Shown here one piece after another: positions 35,268 through 44,882 of a stretch of 64,000 bases of DNA. Origin of the DNA: an uncultured Candidatus Saccharibacteria bacterium (GTDB lineage: Bacteria > Patescibacteriota > Saccharimonadia > Saccharimonadales > AWTP1-31); assembly GCA_964615565.1 (NCBI GenBank), contig CAZTPC010000001.1:7353-71352 (forward strand). Reading direction: 5' to 3'. Within the stretch, counting starts at the first letter, position 1. Each line of letters begins with the position of its first letter. Below the pieces are notes generated by a model, which saw only the letters and a list, made by a program, of their open reading frames with translations, was not told the origin of the DNA and made no database searches. The position numbers were made by a program, and so were the translations under genes.

Positions 35268-35843
35268 ATGGATTTCTCATCTGTTAATGACCCAAAGCTT
35301 ACCACATTGCTCTCTCATGGGGCGGTTGGCATACTACCAACTGACACAATTTACGGCATCGTGGCCAATGCCAGCAATCGGCAGGCTGTTGAGCGAATGT
35401 ACGCGCTTAAATCTCGTGAGAAAAAGCCAGGCACACTCATAGCGGCAAATCTAGAGCAGATCGTCAAACTTGGACTCAAGAAGCGTTATCTAACGGTTGT
35501 CGAGGATTATTGGCCAGGACCTGTGACAGTGGTTGTTCCAACATCTACTCACGATACTGACTATCTTGACCAAGGTGTCGGATCGCTAGCAGTCAGGGTT
35601 ATTGACGACCCCAAGATCATTGAACTTCTCGAGAAGACTGGTCCACTTATTACATCTAGTGCAAATCATCCTGGAGAGGCCCCAGCTAATACTATAGCCG
35701 AGGCAAAACAGTATTTTGGTGATCAAGTCGACTTCTACACCGATGGGGGTGATCTAAGCGGCCGAAAGCCATCGACAATACTGCGTGTAGTCGACGACAC
35801 GATTGAAATCTTGCGCGAAGGCGCAGTAAAGATCAACACTTAA
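35268..35843 (+). CDS. tsaC: L-threonylcarbamoyladenylate synthase (YrdC/Sua5 family)
   Basis: YrdC motifs (GILPTDTIYGIVANASN..AVERMYALKSREKKPGTLI). ATG lies 1 nt after the upstream TAA. Confidence 0.8.
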   Translation: MDFSSVNDPKLTTLLSHGAVGILPTDTIYGIVANASNRQAVERMYALKSREKKPGTLIAANLEQIVKLGLKKRYLTVVEDYWPGPVTVVVPTSTHDTDYLDQGVGSLAVRVIDDPKIIELLEKTGPLITSSANHPGEAPANTIAEAKQYFGDQVDFYTDGGDLSGRKPSTILRVVDDTIEILREGAVKINT

Positions 35844-35857
35844 CAGGGGTATGGGCA

Positions 35858-35886
35858 TTGACTCATAGCTGTAAGTGTGTTAGAAT
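35858..35886 (+). promoter_or_regulatory. sigma70-like promoter for the three-gene helicase operon (TTGACT-N17-TGT-TAGAAT), predicting a leaderless transcript
   Basis: TTGACT at 35858-35863, a 17-nt spacer ending TGT (extended -10) and TAGAAT at 35881-35886. ATG 35897 lies 10 nt downstream with no SD, giving a leader of about 3-4 nt. Confidence 0.5.
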
Positions 35887-35896
35887 ATAGTTAGTT

Positions 35897-36631
35897 ATGG
35901 CACATGTAAACCCAGAACGTGATGCAACACAGCCAACCCTTAATGTAGAGGCGCTTCTTTTTGATAATCAAGATCTAGAGCAGTCTTTGCGTGCAGAGCT
36001 TGTACGACAACTAACACCAGAGCGTTTTATGGATCTTTTGGCCGATCATAGAGATGCCTACTGTGACGACGAAGCTCCAGTTTTGGCCGCAATCGAGAAG
36101 TTTGCAGGTGCAGCGAAAGTCGAATTTCTAGAGCCAACTACTCCTGAAGAAGAGTTATCAAGGCATGTGGTGAGTGTCGAAGCAGATGTGAGCTCGTTTA
36201 TTGAGTCGCGTCTGCCACTCAGATCGTTAAGCTTGCTCTCTATAGATGAATTAGAACAATTAGCCGAAATTTATAACCCAACAAACTTGCTGTATTTAGC
36301 CAAGGCACTCTCCAGTGAAGACGGCTTATCATTGTCACCTGTCCAAGGAGACATGTTGTTTCGATATCGCAATGTACTTAGCCAGATAGACCATATGCGC
36401 AACGAGGTTGAGGCTGCCGAGATGCGTGAGCTACAGGGCAATATTGGCGCAGCCACTGTTGGTTACAGAACATGGGCGGGCGATCTCCACCCATATGGCG
36501 TCGAACAAAGAGGGCGTATTGTCACAGACGAGTTCCGAGACTTTTCAGAGAAAGAAGATGATGGGCGCAGTGTAGTTACGGTTGGCGGTGTCCCTGTTAG
36601 GGTTTCAATCAGAAACACGGGAGTCATCTAA
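35897..36631 (+). CDS. hypothetical protein (244 aa), first gene of helicase operon
   Basis: Acidic protein with no recognisable motif. Its stop overlaps the next start (TAATG). Confidence 0.65.
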   Translation: MAHVNPERDATQPTLNVEALLFDNQDLEQSLRAELVRQLTPERFMDLLADHRDAYCDDEAPVLAAIEKFAGAAKVEFLEPTTPEEELSRHVVSVEADVSSFIESRLPLRSLSLLSIDELEQLAEIYNPTNLLYLAKALSSEDGLSLSPVQGDMLFRYRNVLSQIDHMRNEVEAAEMRELQGNIGAATVGYRTWAGDLHPYGVEQRGRIVTDEFRDFSEKEDDGRSVVTVGGVPVRVSIRNTGVI

Positions 36632-37632
36632 TGGCTGCTCCATTGTCTGCACACCAGGTCGAAGCATCGTTTGGCGTCGAAATACGGCACAGCTATACGG
36701 CGGCCACAGAAATGCCGCCAGAGGTAAGCGCTGCAGAATTACTGCAACAGTTCGAGCAAGAAGGCGATAACGAAGCGGCTAGAGCGCTAGATTATGCCGC
36801 TTACGAGGTTGGCCAGTTAGTAACCATCACCCGCGAGGTAGATGGTGAGGCCGATGGTCTCCTAGATATATTTACCGGGGCGCAAGTGATCGAGATGCAG
36901 AAACGCATCCGAGACTACTTGGGTAAAAGTCTAGATGAGCATCTTGACGATATTAAGGCAGCACCAGGTTTCAGCTACTATGTTGGACGACTGGCTACGC
37001 ACTTCTTCTCTAGTGACGATGATGTGACAACAAGGTTCGGAGACTTTGTAACTAACCATATTGATCCCGAGCCAGGTGCCCGTGGGCCGCTCGAAAAGAA
37101 CTCACGCGAATATGCCAACTGGGCAAACCAAGCACTTATTACTCAATTCAACGAATTTTATCAGGCAGACTTCCAGATTGAATTGGCGGGTCCAACCAAA
37201 ACGGTTGAGGGCTCTCGCGTTTCATGGGAGCGCGGCATAGCTGAGTCTCAATTCTTAATACTTGATTACGTTCGTGACTTACTTGCGATGGGTAATAGCT
37301 CTCGAGTTACAAGCGAAGGTGTTCCAACCATGACTATCGATGACCTAGAGGCGAACCTTCGAAATCTACTTCTAGAAAAAGATCGTATTGTCGCAGAGGC
37401 CAAGACAATCAACCCAATCCTTGCTAGTCAGATCGAGGGAAGTATTGAAGGCCTACAGTCTTACACGATGGGCGTATTCCACCGGGGACGTATGGACGTC
37501 CCTCGATTCCGAAAGCACCCAGCCAACGCTCGTCTTGCGATCGTCAAAGTAGAGGCGTTGTTATTCGAGGCTGCTGCCATGGCTGCGACTCGTGAAGACC
37601 AGGCTGATATTCCAATCTTGGATCTCGAATAA
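36631..37632 (+). CDS. hypothetical protein (333 aa), second gene of helicase operon
   Basis: No recognisable motif, translationally coupled to its neighbours. A weak D...E.QK segment does not make a convincing PD-(D/E)xK. Confidence 0.65.
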   Translation: MAAPLSAHQVEASFGVEIRHSYTAATEMPPEVSAAELLQQFEQEGDNEAARALDYAAYEVGQLVTITREVDGEADGLLDIFTGAQVIEMQKRIRDYLGKSLDEHLDDIKAAPGFSYYVGRLATHFFSSDDDVTTRFGDFVTNHIDPEPGARGPLEKNSREYANWANQALITQFNEFYQADFQIELAGPTKTVEGSRVSWERGIAESQFLILDYVRDLLAMGNSSRVTSEGVPTMTIDDLEANLRNLLLEKDRIVAEAKTINPILASQIEGSIEGLQSYTMGVFHRGRMDVPRFRKHPANARLAIVKVEALLFEAAAMAATREDQADIPILDLE

Positions 37633-37642
37633 GGTATAACCC

Positions 37643-40339
37643 ATGGTTGACACATCACAAGACCCAGAACGATCAGCAGAGGTGCTGGGCGAGGGTGATT
37701 TATATCGAAACTCAGGCCTAACAGACCAACTCAACGAATCAGAGATCTCGGGGATAATTGCACGACTGGGTTCATTGGTACTCGACGAGGATACGGTTCT
37801 TGAAGAACATCAAAGAGAGCAGTTTAACGATGTTGTTCAGTTCTTCCAGGATGGTGGTAGAGAGTGTTATGTGAAGTCTCCAACTGGTACCGGTAAATCT
37901 GTTTTAATTGTCGAACTCAGTAAAAAACTTATTGAGACAATGCAGGAAGATGATGAGCCACAACGAGTTATCGTTTTAGCGCCGACAATCGATCTTGTCG
38001 AACAGATCGTGGGTGGCATAGAAGAAGACACTGGCAAGCGTCGTGGCTTTAAGGGGTTTGCTCCAGAGCTCGAAGCTCGATCGATTAACGGCAAAATGAC
38101 TCTTAATACGCGCATTCAGAATATTGGCGAAGCAGAGGTGTTGGTAACTACCTACGATACCTTCCGGAATCTGATTGCAGGTTTTGTTGACGGGGAAGAG
38201 CTTAGCGAAGAGGCAGTATCAGAACAGATCGCAGATCTTGAGCGTCAAGAGAACGAACATAAAGATGCCAATAGGCGCCTCAAGCGAGAGCGCGACCAGC
38301 ACCTTCGCGACGCCTGTGAGCGGCAAGACGTACGGCATGTTCGACAAAGAGCAGAAGACTTGATTGGTTCAGCGGCTCGAGGTGAGATTCTTGATAACAA
38401 AGCAGGGGCTGCCGTGGAGCGTTTCTTGGAAATCGCTGATGATGAGGGTATAACTGCCGAACGAAAGATTCAAGAGATGAAGCACGCCGCCAGAACTTTG
38501 ACGAATAAACGAGTTACAATGGCGGCGACATGGATGCACAAGCGTCGAAGAATGCATCGACAAGAGTTTGTAGTAGAGAAGAATGGTGACCCCGATGACT
38601 ATATTGCACTTACTGAAGATGAGTTAGATGCTGAGGCGCGAGATGCCTTTGGTCTAGATAGTATGGAGCGCTACCTAGCAATGTTCTTGCTTCAGAATCG
38701 CACCGCCAGACCTGCAATGGCATCAAAGCTTGAACTACGTAAAGATGTAGACGAAATAGAGAGACTAGAAGACCTTGCAGACGACGAACGTGACATGCAG
38801 TATCACGCCAAGGGTCAAGCTAAAGCACTAAAGACAAAGTGGATATTTGCTGATGCTATTTCTAAGTTTGGGCTAGTTGTCTGTGACGAGGCACACCGAG
38901 CAATCGGTACAGAGACCTGGCAAGCTATTCGTGACTTTGCCGAACGTAAAGAGATTGCGGTTGTTGGTCTTACGGCCACCGATGAATATTCAGATAGGTC
39001 ACTCGAAGACTACTTTGAGCAGAGGGTCCATGAGCTGACAAAGCAAGAAGCAATGCGTCGTAAGATTGTAAACCCAATCGCAATGTTCTCACATGATACT
39101 GGGCTACTGTTTAAAAACGTTTCTATTGATGCAAACGGTGATTACGACCGTGCAACGATTAAGCAGATGAGACTCAACGAAGAGCGTAACCAGATTGGTG
39201 TAAATTACGCGCAGATGCTAAGTGAGATGGGATACTCGGGCATTATGCCGGCCATTCCTGGAGACGGTGCTGCACATGCGAAGGTCTTGGCTGAGATGAT
39301 CAACAACACCATAATGATCGATCCAAAGACTGGCGAGGAACGTTTTATGCGAGCCTGCGCAGTTGATGGTAAAACCGATCCTGAGCTACGCAAGGAATAC
39401 TTCCGGCAGTACGAGGCGGGTGAGATTGACTGGATCTGTTTTGTCGATGTTATCCGTGAAGGCTGGGACAGCGACAAAGCAAAAGCGATTATCAACATGC
39501 GGCCAACTCGTTCGATATTGCTTGCAACGCAGCGTGTTGGACGTATAGGACGTACTTATCCTGGCGCTCCAGTCTCTATTGCAATTGATCTATTCGATGG
39601 AATTCTACTTGAGGATGGCGGCATGGAATTACCACCTGTCTTGGTGGCAGATGTGTTTGGCATGGACAATGTAGAGCAAGGTGCAATTGCCGGTGGTGTC
39701 GAGGCCTCGCTGCTAGACAGTGACCTAGAGCGACTACGGCAAGCCATGCCAACAGGAGTTATTGAGGCGCACCATTCACGGTACGTTCGGATAGTTAAAG
39801 AAGCTCAGCTTATCGATGCACGAGGTATCGCCAAAACCGAGACCGGGGCACAAAGGAATGAATGGCAAACTTTCGAGGCCATTCGTCGCGGCTTTAATGG
39901 CTTTTTGCCCAAAGAGATTATTCTCGACGCAATAGAGGGCGATAATCCGACTGTTCGTGTTACCAACGGTAAGAGCGGTGGCAATATCGTTCCGTTATTT
40001 AACATCAGCGATGTACTTGCCTTGCATAAAGATGCACCCGAGATAAACCCATGGAGATTATATAAAGACACTACTGGCACTGACTGGATCAGCCCAGAAG
40101 GTTGTACCGTTCTACTTTCTAAGCGGTTCCCAAATATCGCATCAGAAGAAATCTCTGACGTACTTCGGATGATAGAAGAAGAGCAAGGACAGAAGTTTGA
40201 GAAGCAGGTCGCGCGATTCCGCATTAACTTCAACGGTAACCCTGTTACTCGCCTTGGCTATACGCACTTATTTAGGCTGAGTGAAGTTATGGAACGACTT
40301 GTTCCGTATCTAAAAGATCTCGCTACGCTACAAAGTTAG
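37643..40339 (+). CDS. superfamily 2 DEAH-type helicase (898 aa) with long charged coiled-coil insertion in RecA domain 1 and uncharacterised 270-aa C-terminal domain
   Basis: Motif I KSPTGTGKS, Ia VLAPTIDLVEQ, Ib TTYDTF, II VVCDEAHRA, III LTATDE and VI QRVGRIGR. About 250 aa of E/R/K-rich helix lie between Ib and II. Confidence 0.85.
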   Translation: MVDTSQDPERSAEVLGEGDLYRNSGLTDQLNESEISGIIARLGSLVLDEDTVLEEHQREQFNDVVQFFQDGGRECYVKSPTGTGKSVLIVELSKKLIETMQEDDEPQRVIVLAPTIDLVEQIVGGIEEDTGKRRGFKGFAPELEARSINGKMTLNTRIQNIGEAEVLVTTYDTFRNLIAGFVDGEELSEEAVSEQIADLERQENEHKDANRRLKRERDQHLRDACERQDVRHVRQRAEDLIGSAARGEILDNKAGAAVERFLEIADDEGITAERKIQEMKHAARTLTNKRVTMAATWMHKRRRMHRQEFVVEKNGDPDDYIALTEDELDAEARDAFGLDSMERYLAMFLLQNRTARPAMASKLELRKDVDEIERLEDLADDERDMQYHAKGQAKALKTKWIFADAISKFGLVVCDEAHRAIGTETWQAIRDFAERKEIAVVGLTATDEYSDRSLEDYFEQRVHELTKQEAMRRKIVNPIAMFSHDTGLLFKNVSIDANGDYDRATIKQMRLNEERNQIGVNYAQMLSEMGYSGIMPAIPGDGAAHAKVLAEMINNTIMIDPKTGEERFMRACAVDGKTDPELRKEYFRQYEAGEIDWICFVDVIREGWDSDKAKAIINMRPTRSILLATQRVGRIGRTYPGAPVSIAIDLFDGILLEDGGMELPPVLVADVFGMDNVEQGAIAGGVEASLLDSDLERLRQAMPTGVIEAHHSRYVRIVKEAQLIDARGIAKTETGAQRNEWQTFEAIRRGFNGFLPKEIILDAIEGDNPTVRVTNGKSGGNIVPLFNISDVLALHKDAPEINPWRLYKDTTGTDWISPEGCTVLLSKRFPNIASEEISDVLRMIEEEQGQKFEKQVARFRINFNGNPVTRLGYTHLFRLSEVMERLVPYLKDLATLQS

Positions 40340-41618
40340 CGCGCAGCCACTCGTCTAGGCTGTCGCCACCACCACCTGCCATACCAACAACCATGTCGCC
40401 AGCGTCCAAGTGTTTCTGGATGGCTATTTTTAGCTTGTCGTCACGTTTAGCAGCCTGGGCAATGGATGGATCGGATAGATGACTAATGAGCTCTTCTGGT
40501 GGGATGATTCGCTGGTTTGGGTCTTCTCGCGCAAGGTAGCTCGGGATCCAATACACTTTTTCTGCTCCGGCAAAACTGTCTTTGTAATCATCGATCATAT
40601 AATGCTGCCGGCGATTGGTTAGTGGTTCGTAGATGATAATGACTTTTTGCTCTTTTTCTGCGGCCATTTCTAGCGCCACACTCATGCCACCACGTACTTT
40701 TTCAGGTGTGTGGGCATAGTCGGAATATAGGTTCGGCACAAGTTGTTCCATCCGTCGCTGCAGCCCTGGAAACTTGCTCATAAGCGGTATTAACTTTGCA
40801 ATCGGTACTTTGGTAATCTCGTGAACTGCTTGAATGACCAGCCAGGCATCGAGTCGGTTAAATCGTCCGGCCAGTGCAACTTCGTTTATTTGTGGATGGT
40901 CGCTAGTGAGCACATCTAGCTTCGAAGTCCCAGTCAAGCCCAGGTAATCGTAATCTTCTTGCCATAGAACGGTACGGCTAGACTGGCCGATAAACTCTTT
41001 GAAAGCTTCCTGGTAATCTTCACGAGTAGGGAAGATCTCATGATGATCCCAAGTCACACCAGTTATGACACTCAAGTACGGCTCAAATGCTAAGAAATTA
41101 CGATCGAACTCGTCGCATTCGTACACAAATACGTCACTAGTTGGGTCAAAATGGCCCATCTCAGCAAAGCTAGTTTTAGCCGGCAAAATGTAACTTTGGG
41201 GCACCTTCAGCTGGGTCAGTAACCAAACGGCCATAGCAGTGGTAGTAGTCTTGCCATGCGTGCCAGCGATAGCGATCATCTTGAGTTTTTTGTCACTAAC
41301 TATCAGGTTGATCAGTTCGTCGCGTTTGCTGCGTTTAATATTCTGACTCTCGGCGTATACCAACTCCGGATGGTTTGGATTTTCTTTTACAACGGCAGAC
41401 GAATACACAAACCAATCAATTGGCGTAGCTTCATGTACGCGTGCCATATCCTCTACCGTTTGACCAATATGTATATCGGTAATCCCATGCTTTTTCAGAT
41501 ACTGAATATACTGCGAGTCTTGCTTGTCGCTACCAGAAACTTTGTAGCCGGCCTGCTTGGCGATCATGGCCAATGGGCCTACGCCTGTGCCACCAATTCC
41601 ACTAATGTAAATATGCAT
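40323..41618 (-). CDS. murC: Mur ligase, most likely UDP-N-acetylmuramate--L-alanine ligase
   Basis: MurC-like N-terminus (MHIYISGIGGTGVGPLAMIAKQAGYKVSGSD) and Mur ligase P-loop (GTHGKTTTTAM). Start taken at MHIY; the ORF opens at 41669. Confidence 0.75.
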   Translation of the reverse strand: MHIYISGIGGTGVGPLAMIAKQAGYKVSGSDKQDSQYIQYLKKHGITDIHIGQTVEDMARVHEATPIDWFVYSSAVVKENPNHPELVYAESQNIKRSKRDELINLIVSDKKLKMIAIAGTHGKTTTTAMAVWLLTQLKVPQSYILPAKTSFAEMGHFDPTSDVFVYECDEFDRNFLAFEPYLSVITGVTWDHHEIFPTREDYQEAFKEFIGQSSRTVLWQEDYDYLGLTGTSKLDVLTSDHPQINEVALAGRFNRLDAWLVIQAVHEITKVPIAKLIPLMSKFPGLQRRMEQLVPNLYSDYAHTPEKVRGGMSVALEMAAEKEQKVIIIYEPLTNRRQHYMIDDYKDSFAGAEKVYWIPSYLAREDPNQRIIPPEELISHLSDPSIAQAAKRDDKLKIAIQKHLDAGDMVVGMAGGGGDSLDEWLRANFVA

Positions 41619-41654
41619 ATGTTTAGTATAGCTGGGTCTGCTAGTATTAGTACC

Positions 41655-42314
41655 ATGCCGCAAAAACAAACAGGGCCAACAATTCTATTTTTGCAAGATG
41701 GTGACCGTCGCTGGGCGGAGCGCGAAGGTGTATCGTACCGCGAAGGGTACGAAAAAATGACCGAAAAAATCGGCCTGCTTATCAACACTCTCGCAAAAAA
41801 AGGAATTAATAAACTGTATTTGCCGTCCAACTCTATTGCTAATCTGAGCCGGCCAAAAGAGCAGGTAGATGCTTGGTTCGAAGCTTATCTGAACTTGCCC
41901 AAGTATGTAGATGTTCCGCTCAACATTATTTTCTGTGGTGACGTCGATAGAATTCCTGAAGAGTTCAAGGATCGCTACGATCAACTTCAGGCTAGTTCCG
42001 ATCCTGAAGGTTTTGAATTTCACTTCTTACTGAACTGGTCAACGCTCGACGAGATAGCTCGTATTAGTACTAAGATTGCTAAAGAACACAAAGTGATTAC
42101 CCCGGAGCTTCTACTGCAGTATTCAGACATCCCAGAACCAGTTGACCTGGTTGTGCGTAGCGGTAAGCGCCGACGAATCTCTTCGTTTATGCCTCTCTCG
42201 GGACAGTATTCAGAGCTTGTATTCCTGGATATCTTGTTTCCCGATCTTACAGAATCAGACGTCGAATGGTTTCTAGAAGAGTACGCTACCCGCGAACGTA
42301 CGTACGGTAAGTAG
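41655..42314 (+). CDS. uppS: cis-prenyltransferase (undecaprenyl-diphosphate synthase family)
   Basis: UPPS motifs (LFLQDGDRRWA, SxxNxxR as LPSNSIANLSR, RSGKRRRISSFMPLSGQYSELVFLDILFPD). The long N-terminal extension of the track ORF is antisense to murC and was rejected. Confidence 0.8.
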   Translation: MPQKQTGPTILFLQDGDRRWAEREGVSYREGYEKMTEKIGLLINTLAKKGINKLYLPSNSIANLSRPKEQVDAWFEAYLNLPKYVDVPLNIIFCGDVDRIPEEFKDRYDQLQASSDPEGFEFHFLLNWSTLDEIARISTKIAKEHKVITPELLLQYSDIPEPVDLVVRSGKRRRISSFMPLSGQYSELVFLDILFPDLTESDVEWFLEEYATRERTYGK

Positions 42315-42352
42315 CCTCCAGCCAAATACTTGTGCCATAATAAGTACAACTT

Positions 42353-43570
42353 ATGTTTAAAAAACTTCTACGCCGGCTTTGGGCACCGCGGCATGCGTGG
42401 CGAGGTATAGATTTCGACGAACTGAGCGAGATCTATGTCTCCATGATGTTGCGCAGCCTTGCCACCAGTATGATGGGTATTTTTATTCCCATCTATCTAT
42501 ATAGATTGGGCCATTCAGTACCAGAAATTATGAGTGTGTTCGGCTGCTATTTTAGTGTGCGTGTGTTGTTAGATTTAATCGCTGCACATACTACCGCTCG
42601 CATAGGGCCAAAACACACCTTGGTTATTGGTCAGTTTTTGCAAATTGCTACCTCCGCTTTGTTTCTAACATTGCCAACGTTTGGCTGGCCTTTACTGTTA
42701 CTAGGTATCTTTTGGGGCGGTGCAGCCAGCTTCTTCTTCGTACCATTCCATGTCGATTTTTCCAAGATCAAACATAAGGCACACGGTGGCAAAGAGTTGA
42801 GCTATGAACAAATAATGGAGAAAGTTGGCTATGCACTTGGCCCAGTAATAAGTGGTATTGTTGCCACGCTGTTTGGCGCACAGTATATCTTCCTCGCTTC
42901 TGCAATCATGCTTATAGCTGGTCTTTGGCCACTGTTCCGAACCCCGGAGCCAATGCAGCTTAAGCAAAAACTAGATTATGCTGGATTAGATTTTAAGAAA
43001 GTAAAACACGTCATCCCTTCATATATCGGTTTGAACGTCGAGAACACCTTATGCTTAATGCTGTGGCCACTTTTTCTGGCGATGTTTGTTATCACCGATG
43101 GGACGGTATTCGCCGGGGTGGGCACTATGGCATCGATCTCCGTAGTGGCCTCTATATTGGCAGCCCACGCTATCGGAAAAACTGTCGACAATCACCAAGG
43201 GAGGTCGCTTTTGCGGTATAGCGCCATCGCAAATAGTCTGGTGTATATCGTCAGAGTATTTACTATCAGCTATCCAATGGCTCTCGCTACTAACATCGCT
43301 AACGAAGCTATCACTATGGGGTATCGACTGCCATACACTAAGGCTGTCTACGATGCGGCTGACGATCTGCCTGGATATCGCATAGTCTTCATCAGCAGTA
43401 TGGAGATTATAGGCTGCATAGCTAAAGCCAGTATGTGGTGGGTATTAACTGGGTTGGCATTGATTCTGACCGCCAAGCAAACTATTTACGTAGGCTTTGG
43501 TATCGCCGCCGTAGCATCGCTGATGATCATGACTGAGAAATTTAAAGCTCTTGAGCCAAAGAGAGCATAA
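42353..43570 (+). CDS. polytopic membrane transporter-like protein (MFS-like)
   Basis: About 11-12 hydrophobic helices in two halves. No strong signature motif. Confidence 0.6.
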   Translation: MFKKLLRRLWAPRHAWRGIDFDELSEIYVSMMLRSLATSMMGIFIPIYLYRLGHSVPEIMSVFGCYFSVRVLLDLIAAHTTARIGPKHTLVIGQFLQIATSALFLTLPTFGWPLLLLGIFWGGAASFFFVPFHVDFSKIKHKAHGGKELSYEQIMEKVGYALGPVISGIVATLFGAQYIFLASAIMLIAGLWPLFRTPEPMQLKQKLDYAGLDFKKVKHVIPSYIGLNVENTLCLMLWPLFLAMFVITDGTVFAGVGTMASISVVASILAAHAIGKTVDNHQGRSLLRYSAIANSLVYIVRVFTISYPMALATNIANEAITMGYRLPYTKAVYDAADDLPGYRIVFISSMEIIGCIAKASMWWVLTGLALILTAKQTIYVGFGIAAVASLMIMTEKFKALEPKRA

Positions 43571-43578
43571 TAAATATT

Positions 43579-44190
43579 ATGGATAAAAAGTTTTTTAAAC
43601 ACCTTTACAAAGCTACTCGGCATATACATATGTTCGCTTTCTTGGCGGTGGCAATTGTAAGTGGCGTTGTTTGTGTCATGGCGCTGCGCAACAACAACGT
43701 AACTGCTCTCCGGCTTCGAGATACTGTAAACCAGGTCGATAAAGATAACGGTGACGTAGAGACTGCCCTTAGGAATCTGCGGGCCTATATGTATAGCCAT
43801 ATGAACACCAATCTATCCACAGGACCGAACGCTATAAAGCCACCAATTCAGCTCAAGTATCGATATGAGCGGCTTCTTGAGGCTCAGCAGCAACAGGTGA
43901 GCGTAGAGAATGCAAAGATCTACTCAGATGCGCAGGCTGAGTGTGAGAAACAATTTCCTAAAGGACTGTCTGGAAGTGGCCGTATCCCTTGCGTGACTGA
44001 GTATATTAGCTCGCGAGGCGTTGCTCAGGAGCCAATCGAAGACAGCGCGTACAAGTTCGATTTCGTATCACCTCTCTGGTCGCCGGATCTGGCAGGTTGG
44101 ACGCTAGTAATCTCGAGCGTGTCGCTTGCCTTATTTGCTCTGCGTTTTGTTATGGAACGCTGGATGAAGGCCGAACTCCGCGACCTCTAG
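43579..44190 (+). CDS. hypothetical membrane protein (203 aa)
   Basis: N-terminal and C-terminal TM helices flank a soluble domain. Confidence 0.5.
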   Translation: MDKKFFKHLYKATRHIHMFAFLAVAIVSGVVCVMALRNNNVTALRLRDTVNQVDKDNGDVETALRNLRAYMYSHMNTNLSTGPNAIKPPIQLKYRYERLLEAQQQQVSVENAKIYSDAQAECEKQFPKGLSGSGRIPCVTEYISSRGVAQEPIEDSAYKFDFVSPLWSPDLAGWTLVISSVSLALFALRFVMERWMKAELRDL

Positions 44191-44882
44191 GCAGCTTCGG
44201 GTAGTCGGTGCTCTGGCGGCGTAACTTCGTGTAGTTCTCTAAAAATATCCAAAAGAGGCGAATCTGTTAGTTGGAATGTATGCCGCTTGTCGTGCCCTGG
44301 ATCGACAACTCTAGTTACTAAGCCGGTTGCTTCTAGATCTTCAAAGACGTTGGTAACTGTACTTGCGCCATATCGGTAGTGAATCTCTCGGCTGAGTCCA
44401 CTTGCAAAGAACGTTTTGTCCTCCTTTGTGCCAACCAGATACATGGCTATTTGTGGGCGAGGTGTATTGCCGAATAGTGTCTTGCCCATGTGTCGAGCAA
44501 TACCAGGGTCAATAGGGTGTCCATCTGTTGCTAGGCGAGGGAAGGTAGGGTCTAAGCTGGATAATGCTGCGTTGAATGGTCTCCACAGTTCTGAACGTGT
44601 GGTCGTATACCAGTGAATCATCGCGCTACTAGCTTTTCTTTGAGGGGTCAGTTGCCTTGTCAGGAGCCCTGTACTCACTAATCCTTCCAGGTGTGGACGA
44701 CTCGATCCAGCTGGAATATGAAGTGCTTCGCTTATCTCTGGCAGGGTAAACTCTTTCTCGCCATCTTGAGCCATGAAACGGAGACAATCAGTAATTATAC
44801 GAAAACGATATTCGTTTCCGAACAAGACTTTTCCTACCTGTTCAGGTGTGGGTAATTCTATTCCAGCGTTCGCCATGATCAC
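44187..44882 (-). CDS. hypothetical protein with two winged-helix-like segments (possible transcription regulator)
   Basis: Two segments resemble wHTH recognition helices (TLPEISEALHIPAGSSRPHLEGLVSTGLL and NVFEDLEATGLVTRV). Call is weak. Confidence 0.45.
   Translation of the reverse strand: MIMANAGIELPTPEQVGKVLFGNEYRFRIITDCLRFMAQDGEKEFTLPEISEALHIPAGSSRPHLEGLVSTGLLTRQLTPQRKASSAMIHWYTTTRSELWRPFNAALSSLDPTFPRLATDGHPIDPGIARHMGKTLFGNTPRPQIAMYLVGTKEDKTFFASGLSREIHYRYGASTVTNVFEDLEATGLVTRVVDPGHDKRHTFQLTDSPLLDIFRELHEVTPPEHRLPEAA

Noticed and set aside
36631-37632. Possible PD-(D/E)xK nuclease motif (LLDIFTGAQVIEMQK) in the second operon protein
   Set aside because: The spacing gives E-x-x-K rather than (D/E)-x-K. 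There is no supporting upstream acidic residue pattern. The evidence is too weak for a nuclease call.
41256-41654. N-terminal 133-codon extension of the uppS-like ORF
   Set aside because: The extension is antisense to the murC coding region. The UPPS DGxRRWA motif starts right after Met 41655.
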